Shown here: in pieces, positions 56,201 through 64,000 of the stretch | Numbering within the stretch: the first letter of the stretch is position 1 | Layout of the letters: the number at the start of each line of letters is the position of its first letter | Source of the DNA: Eledone cirrhosa | Lineage: Eukaryota | DNA: 64,000 bases | Assembly (NCBI GenBank): GCA_964016885.1 | Contig: OZ024750.1 | Location: 42,780,001 to 42,844,000 of the forward strand | Reading direction: 5' to 3' | The notes under the pieces: model-generated | Databases searched by the model: none | The model's input: only the letters and a program-made list of their open reading frames with translations | What the model was told of the DNA's origin: nothing | Program-made: the position numbers and the translations under genes

Positions 56201-59200
56201 TCACCACCACAGTTGTCATCATCATTGTCGCTGTCACCACCACAGTTGTCATCATCATTGTCATTGTCACCACCACAGTTGTCATCATCATTGTTATTGT
56301 CACCACCATAGTTGTCATCATCATTGTCATTGTCATCACCACAGTTGTTATCATCATTGTCATTGTCACCACCACAGTTGTCATCATCATTTTCACTGTC
56401 ACCACCACAGTTGTCATCATCATTGTCATTGTCACCACCACAGTTGTCACCATCACAGTTGTCATCATCATTGTCATTGTCACCACCACAGTTGTCACAA
56501 TCACAGTTGTCATCATCATTGTCATTGTCACCACCACAGTTGTCACCATCACAGTTGTCATCATCATTGTCACTGTCACCACCACAGTTGTCATCATCAT
56601 TGTCATTGTCACCACCACAGTTGTCATCATCATTGTTATTGTCACCACCACAGTTGTCATCATCATTGTTACTGTCACCACCCCAGTTGTCATCATCATC
56701 GTCATTGTCACCACCACAGTTGTCATCATCATCGTCATTGTCACCACCACAGTTGTCATCATCATTGTCACTGTCACCAACACAGTTGTCATCATCATCG
56801 TCATTGTCACCACCACAGTTGTCATCATCATTGTCATTGTCACCACCACAGTTGTCATCATCATTGTCGCTGTCACCACCACAGTTGTCATCATCATTGT
56901 CATTGTCACCACCACAGTTGTCATCATAATTGTTATTGTCACCACCACAGTTGTCATCATCATTGTCATTGTCATCACCACAGTTGTCATCATCATTGTC
57001 ATTGTCACCACCACAGTTGTCATCATCATTTTCACTGTCACCACCACAGTTGTCATCATCATTGTCACTGTCACCACCACAGTTGTCACCATCACAGTTG
57101 TCATCATCATTGTCATTGTCACCACCACAGTTGTCACCATCACAGTTGTCATCATCATTGTCATTGTCACCACCACAGTTGTCACCATCACAGTTGTCAT
57201 CATCATTGTCATTGTCACCACCACAGTTGTCACCATCACAGTTGTCATCATCATTGTCATTGTCACCACCACAGTTGTCACCATCACAGTTGTCATCATC
57301 ATTGTCATTGTCACCACGACAGTTGTCACCATCACAGTTGTCATCATCATTGTCATTGTCACCACCACAGTTGTCACCATCCCGGTTGTCACCATCACAG
57401 TTGTCATCATCATTGTCATTGTCACCACCACAGTTGTCACCATCACAGTTGTCATCATCATTGTCATTGTCACCACCACAATTGTCACCATCACAGTTGT
57501 CATCATCATTGTCATTGTCACCACCACAGTTGTCACCATCACAGTTGTCACCATCACAGTTGTCATCATCATTGTCATTGTCACCACCACAGTTGTCACC
57601 ATCACAGTTGTCACCATCACAGTTGTCACCATCACAGTTGTCATCATCACAGTTGTCATCATCATTGTCATTGTCACCATCACAGTTGTCACCATCACAG
57701 TTGTCATCATCATTGTTATTGTCACCACCACAGTTGTCATCATCATTGTCATTGTCACCACCACAGTTGTCATCATCATTGTCATTGTCACCACCACAGT
57801 TGTCATCATCATTGTCACTGTCACCACCACAGTTGTCATCATCATCGTCATTGTCACCACCACAGTTGTCATCATCATCGTCATTGTCACCACCACAGTT
57901 GTCATCATCATTGTCACTGTCACCAACACAGTTGTCATCATCATCGTCATTGTCACCACCACAGTTGTCATCATCATTGTCATTGTCACCACCACAGTTG
58001 TCATCATCATTGTCACTGTCACCACCACAGTTGTCATCATCATTGTCATTGTCACCACCACAGTTGTCATCATCATTGTTATTGTCACCACCACAGTTGT
58101 CATCATCATTGTCATTGTCATCACCACAGTTGTCATCATCATTGTCATTGTCACCACCACAGTTGTCATCATCATTGTCATTGTCACCACCACAGTTGTC
58201 ATCATCATTGTCGCTGTCACCACCACAGTTGTCATCATCATTGTCATTGTCACCACCACAGTTGTCATCATCATTGTTATTGTCACCACCATAGTTGTCA
58301 TCATCATTGTCATTGTCATCACCACAGTTGTTATCATCATTGTCATTGTCACCACCACAGTTGTCATCATCATTTTCACTGTCACCACCACAGTTGTCAT
58401 CATCATTGTCACTGTCACCACCACAGTTGTCACCATCACAGTTGTCATCATCATTGTCATTGTCACCACCACAGTTGTCACCATCACAGTTGTCATCATC
58501 ATTGTCATTGTCACCACCACAGTTGTCACCATCACAGTTGTCATCATCATTGTCATTGTCACCACCACAGTTGTCACAATCACAGTTGTCATCATCATTG
58601 TCATTGTCACCACCACAGTTGTCACCATCACAGTTGTCATCATCATTGTCACTGTCACCACCACAGTTGTCATCATCATTGTCATTGTCACCACCACAGT
58701 TGTCATCATCATTGTTATTGTCACCACCACAGTTGTCATCATCATTGTCACTGTCACCATCACAGTTGTCATCATCATTGTCACTGTCACCACCACAGTT
58801 GTCATCATCATCGTCATTGTCACCACCACAGTTGTCATCATCATCGTCATTGTCACCACCACAGTTGTCATCATCATTGTCGCTGTCACCACCACAGTTG
58901 TCATCATCATTGTCATTGTCACCACCACAGTTCTCATCATCATTGTCGCTGTCACCACCACAGTTGTCATCATCATTGTCATTGTCACCACCACAGTTGT
59001 CATCATCATCGTCATTGTCACCACCACAGTTGTCATCATCATTGTTATTGTCACCACCACAGTTGTCATCATCATTGTCATTGTCACCACCACAGTTGTC
59101 ATCATCATTGTTATTGTCACCACCACAGTTGTCATCATCATTGTCATTGTCACCACCACAGTTGTCATCATCATTGTCATTGTCACCACCACAGTTGTCA

Positions 59201-62200
59201 TCATCATTGTTATTGTCACCACCACAGTTGTCATCATCATTGTCACTGTCACCACCACAGTTGTCATCATCATCGTCATTGTCACCACCACAGTTGTCAT
59301 CATCATCGTCATTGTCACCACCACAGTTGTCATCATCATTGTCACTGTCACCAACACAGTTGTCATCATCATCGTCATTGTCACCACCACAGTTGTCATC
59401 ATCATCGTCACTGTCACCATCACAGTTGTCATCATCATTGTCACTGTCACCACCACAGTTGTCATCATCATTGTCATTGTCACCACCACAGTTGTCATCA
59501 TCATTGTTATTGTCACCACCACAGTTGTCATCATCATTGTCATTGTCACCACCACAGTTGTCATCATCATTGTCATTGTCACCACCACAGTTGTCATCAT
59601 CATTGTCACTGTCACCACCACAGTTGTCATCATCATTGTCATTGTCACCACCACAGTTGTCATCATCATTGTTATTGTCACCACCACAGTTGTCATCATC
59701 ATCGTCATTGTCACCACCACAGTTGTCATCATCATCGTCATTGTCACCACCACAGTTGTCATCATCATTGTCACTGTCACCAACACAGTTGTCATCATCA
59801 TCGTCATTGTCACCACCACAGTTGTCATCATCATTGTCATTGTCACCACCACAGTTGTCATCATCATTGTCGCTGTCACCACCACAGTTGTCATCATCAT
59901 TGTCATTGTCACCACCACAGTTGTCATCATCATTGTTATTGTCACCACCATAGTTGTCATCATCATTGTCATTGTCATCACCACAGTTGTTATCATCATT
60001 GTCATTGTCACCACCACAGTTGTCATCATCATTTTCACTGTCACCACCACAGTTGTCATCATCATTGTCACTGTCACCACCACAGTTGTCACCATCACAG
60101 TTGTCATCATCATTGTCATTGTCACCACCACATTTGTCACCATCACAGTTGTCATCATCATTGTCATTGTCACCACCACAGTTGTCACCATCACAGTTGT
60201 CATCATCATTGTCATTGTCACCACCACAGTTGTCACAATCACAGTTGTCATCATCATTGTCATTGTCACCACCACAGTTGTCACCATCACAGTTGTCATC
60301 ATCATTGTCACTGTCACCACCACAGTTGTCATCATCATTGTCATTGTCACCACCACAGTTGTCATCATCATTGTTATTGTCACCACCACAGTTGTCATCA
60401 TCATTGTCACTGTCACCACCACAGTTGTCATCATCATCGTCATTGTCACCACCACAGTTGTCATCATCATCGTCATTGTCACCACCACAGTTGTCATCAT
60501 CATTGTCACTGTCACCAACACAGTTGTCATCATCATCGTCATTGTCACCACCACAGTTGTCATCATCATTGTCATTGTCACCACCACAGTTGTCATCATC
60601 ATTGTCGCTGTCACCACCACAGTTGTCATCATCATTGTCATTGTCACCACCACAGTTGTCATCATCATTGTCATTGTCACCACCACAGTTGTCATCATCA
60701 TTGTCACTGTCACCACCACAGTTGTCATCATCATTGTCATTGTCACCACCACAGTTGTCATCATCATTGTTATTGTCACCACCACAGTTGTCATCATCAT
60801 CGTCATTGTCACCACCACAGTTGTCATCATCATCGTCATTGTCACCACCACAGTTGTCATCATCATTGTCACTGTCACCAACACAGTTGTCATCATCATC
60901 GTCATTGTCACCACCACAGTTGTCATCATCATTGTCATTGTCACCACCACAGTTGTCATCATCATTGTCGCTGTCACCACCACAGTTGTCATCATCATTG
61001 TCATTGTCACCACCACAGTTGTCATCATCATTGTTATTGTCACCACCATAGTTGTCATCATCATTGTCATTGTCATCACCACAGTTGTTATCATCATTGT
61101 CATTGTCACCACCACAGTTGTCATCATCATTTTCACTGTCACCACCACAGTTGTCATCATCATTGTCACTGTCACCACCACAGTTGTCACCATCACAGTT
61201 GTCATCATCATTGTCATTGTCACCACCACAGTTGTCACCATCACAGTTGTCATCATCATTGTCATTGTCACCACCACAGTTGTCACCATCACAGTTGTCA
61301 TCATCATTGTCATTGTCACCACCACAGTTGTCACAATCACAGTTGTCATCATCATTGTCATTGTCACCACCACAGTTGTCACCATCACAGTTGTCATCAT
61401 CATTGTCACTGTCACCACCACAGTTGTCATCATCATTGTCATTGTCACCACCACAGTTGTCATCATCATTGTTATTGTCACCACCACAGTTGTCATCATC
61501 ATTGTTACTGTCACCACCACAGTTGTCATCATCATCGTCATTGTCACCACCACAGTTGTCATCATCATCGTCATTGTCACCACCACAGTTGTCATCATTA
61601 TTGTCACTGTCACCAACACAGTTGTCATCATCATCGTCATTGTCACCACCACAGTTGTCATCATCATTGTCATTGTCACCACCACAGTTGTCATCATCAT
61701 TGTCGCTGTCACCACCACAGTTGTCATCATCATTGTCATTGTCACCACCACAGTTGTCATCATAATTGTTATTGTCACCACCACAGTTGTCATCATCATT
61801 GTCATTGTCATCACCACAGTTGTCATCATCATTGTCATTGTCACCACCACAGTTGTCATCATCATTTTCACTGTCACCACCACAGTTGTCATCATCATTG
61901 TCACTGTCACCACCACAGTTGTCACCATCACAGTTGTCATCATCATTGTCATTGTCACCACCACAGTTGTCATCATCATCGTCATTGTCACCACCACAGT
62001 TGCCATCATCATCGTCATTGTCACCACCACAGTTGTCATCATCATTGTCACTGTCACCATCACAGTTGTCATCATCATTGTCATTGTCACCACCACAGTT
62101 GTCACCATCACAGTTGTCATCATCATTGTCATTGTCACCACCACAGTTGTCACCATCACAGTTGTCATCATCATTGTCATTGTCACCACCACAGTTGTCA

Positions 62201-64000
62201 CCATCACAGTTGTCATCATCATTGTCATTGTCACCACGACAGTTGTCACCATCACAGTTGTCATCATCATTGTCATTGTCACCACCACAGTTGTCACCAT
62301 CCCGGTTGTCACCATCACAGTTGTCATCATCATTGTCATTGTCACCACCACAGTTGTCACCATCACAGTTGTCATCATCATTGTCATTGTCACCACCACA
62401 ATTGTCACCATCACAGTTGTCATCATCATTGTCATTGTCACCACCACAGTTGTCACCATCACAGTTGTCACCATCACAGTTGTCATCATCATTGTCATTG
62501 TCACCACCACAGTTGTCACCATCACAGTTGTCACCATCACAGTTGTCACCATCACAGTTGTCATCATCACAGTTGTCATCATCATTGTCATTGTCACCAT
62601 CACAGTTGTCACCATCACAGTTGTCATCATCATTGTTATTGTCACCACCACAGTTGTCATCATCATTGTCATTGTCACCACCACAGTTGTCATCATCATT
62701 GTCATTGTCACCACCACAGTTGTCATCATCATTGTCACTGTCACCACCACAGTTGTCATCATCATCGTCATTGTCACCACCACAGTTGTCATCATCATTG
62801 TTATTGTCACCACCACAGTTGTCATCATCATTGTCACTGTCACCACCACAGTTGTCATCATCATCGTCATTGTCACCACCACAGTTGTCATCATCATCGT
62901 CATTGTCACCACCACAGTTGTCATCATCATTGTCACTGTCACCAACACAGTTGTCATCATCATCGTCATTGTCACCACCACAGTTGTCATCATCATTGTC
63001 ATTGTCACCACCACAGTTGTTATCATCATTGTCACTGTCACCACCACAGTTGTCATCATCATTGTCATTGTCACCACCACAGTTGTCATCATCATTGTTA
63101 TTGTCACCACCACAGTTGTCATCATCATTGTCATTGTCATCACCACAGTTGTCATCATCATTGTCATTGTCACCACCACAGTTGTCATCATCATTTTCAC
63201 TGTCACCACCACAGTTGTCATCATCATTGTCACTGTCACCACCACAGTTGTCACCATCACAGTTGTCATCATCATTGTCATTGTCACCACCACAGTTGTC
63301 ACCATCACAGTTGTCATCATCATTGTCATTGTCACCACCACAGTTGTCACCATCACAGTTGTCATCATCATTGTCATTGTCACCACCACAGTTGTCAACA
63401 TCACAGTTGTCATCATCATTGTCATTGTCACCACCACAGTTGTCACCATCACAGTTGTCATCATCATTGTCATTGTCACCACGACAGTTGTCACCATCAC
63501 AGTTGTCACCATCACAGTTGTCACCATCACAGTTGTCACCATCACAGTTGTCATCATCACAGTTGTCATCATCATTGTCATTGTCACCACCACAGTTGTC
63601 ACCATCACAGTTGTCACCATCACAGTTGTCATCATCATTGTCATTGTCACCACCACAGTTGTCACCATCACAGTTGTCACCATCACAGTTGTCACCATCA
63701 CAGTTGTCATCATCACAGTTGTCATCATCATTGTCATTGTCACCACCACAGTTGTCACCATCACAGTTGTCACCATCACAGTTGTCATCATCATTGTCAT
63801 TGTCACCACCACAGTTGTCACCATCACAGTTGTCACCATCACAGTTGTCACCATCACAGTTGTCATCATCATCGTCATTGTCACCACCACAGTTGTCATC
63901 ATCATTGTCATTGTCACCACCACAGTTGTCATCATCATTGTCACTGTCACCACCACAGTTGTCATCATCATTGTCATTGTCACCACCACAGTTGTCATCA

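Larger units (their letters stand above)
12486..64000. repeat. 33-bp tandem satellite array, right part (continues beyond window end)
   Basis: Same monomer and orientation; resumes in register after the insertion (TCATCATCATTGTCAC...). I saw no other non-satellite sequence or inversion up to 64000. Confidence 0.99.

Noticed and set aside
12389-63998. Giant ORFs up to 7933 aa (mucin-like, His/Cys-rich, Thr/Val/Met-rich, Asp-rich)
   Set aside because: They overlap in five frames, are pure translations of the monomer, swap peptide type at frameshifts and have no unique domains. Codons of the longest-open frames (ACA, ATG, GTG, ATC, GTC) cannot become stops by one substitution, so openness does not imply selection.
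1-64000. CRISPR array (33-bp periodicity)
   Set aside because: No unique spacers between repeats, no cas genes, and the context is eukaryotic.
1-64000. Telomeric repeat array or information-encoding variant code
   Set aside because: The monomer resembles no canonical telomerase repeat, and the variant order is explained by block duplications. A satellite-type telomere cannot be assessed without chromosomal position.

Overview
Eukaryotic satellite DNA. About 96% of the window (1-9653 and 12486-64000) is one head-to-tail, single-orientation array of a 33-bp monomer (GTTGTCATCATCATTGTCA[T/C]TGTCACCACCACA). The array shows nested higher-order duplications (about 1.1, 1.4, 2.6, 2.9, 3.2-3.4, 6.2 and 8.3 kb), domain-restricted variants, and a 15-bp sub-unit that expands toward the right end. 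The giant ORFs in the track are by-products of the triplet-structured monomer, not genes. The only non-satellite DNA is a 2,832-bp non-coding LTR retroelement (9654-12485, + strand, 4-bp TSD TCAT, empty paralogous site at 15881). Its architecture is unusual: LTR-A / extended tRNA-Trp PBS / block X / unique internal DNA / PPT / divergent LTR-B / perfect tRNA-Trp PBS / block X / PPT / LTR-A. It looks like a chimeric three-LTR, two-primer non-autonomous element of Ty3/Gypsy type. The first PBS pairs with tRNA-Trp for about 32 nt and has a mismatch at the m1A58 position. The two LTR-A copies differ by a clustered change that perfects a hairpin. All comparisons were made by eye; no searches were run, and novelty is unverified.
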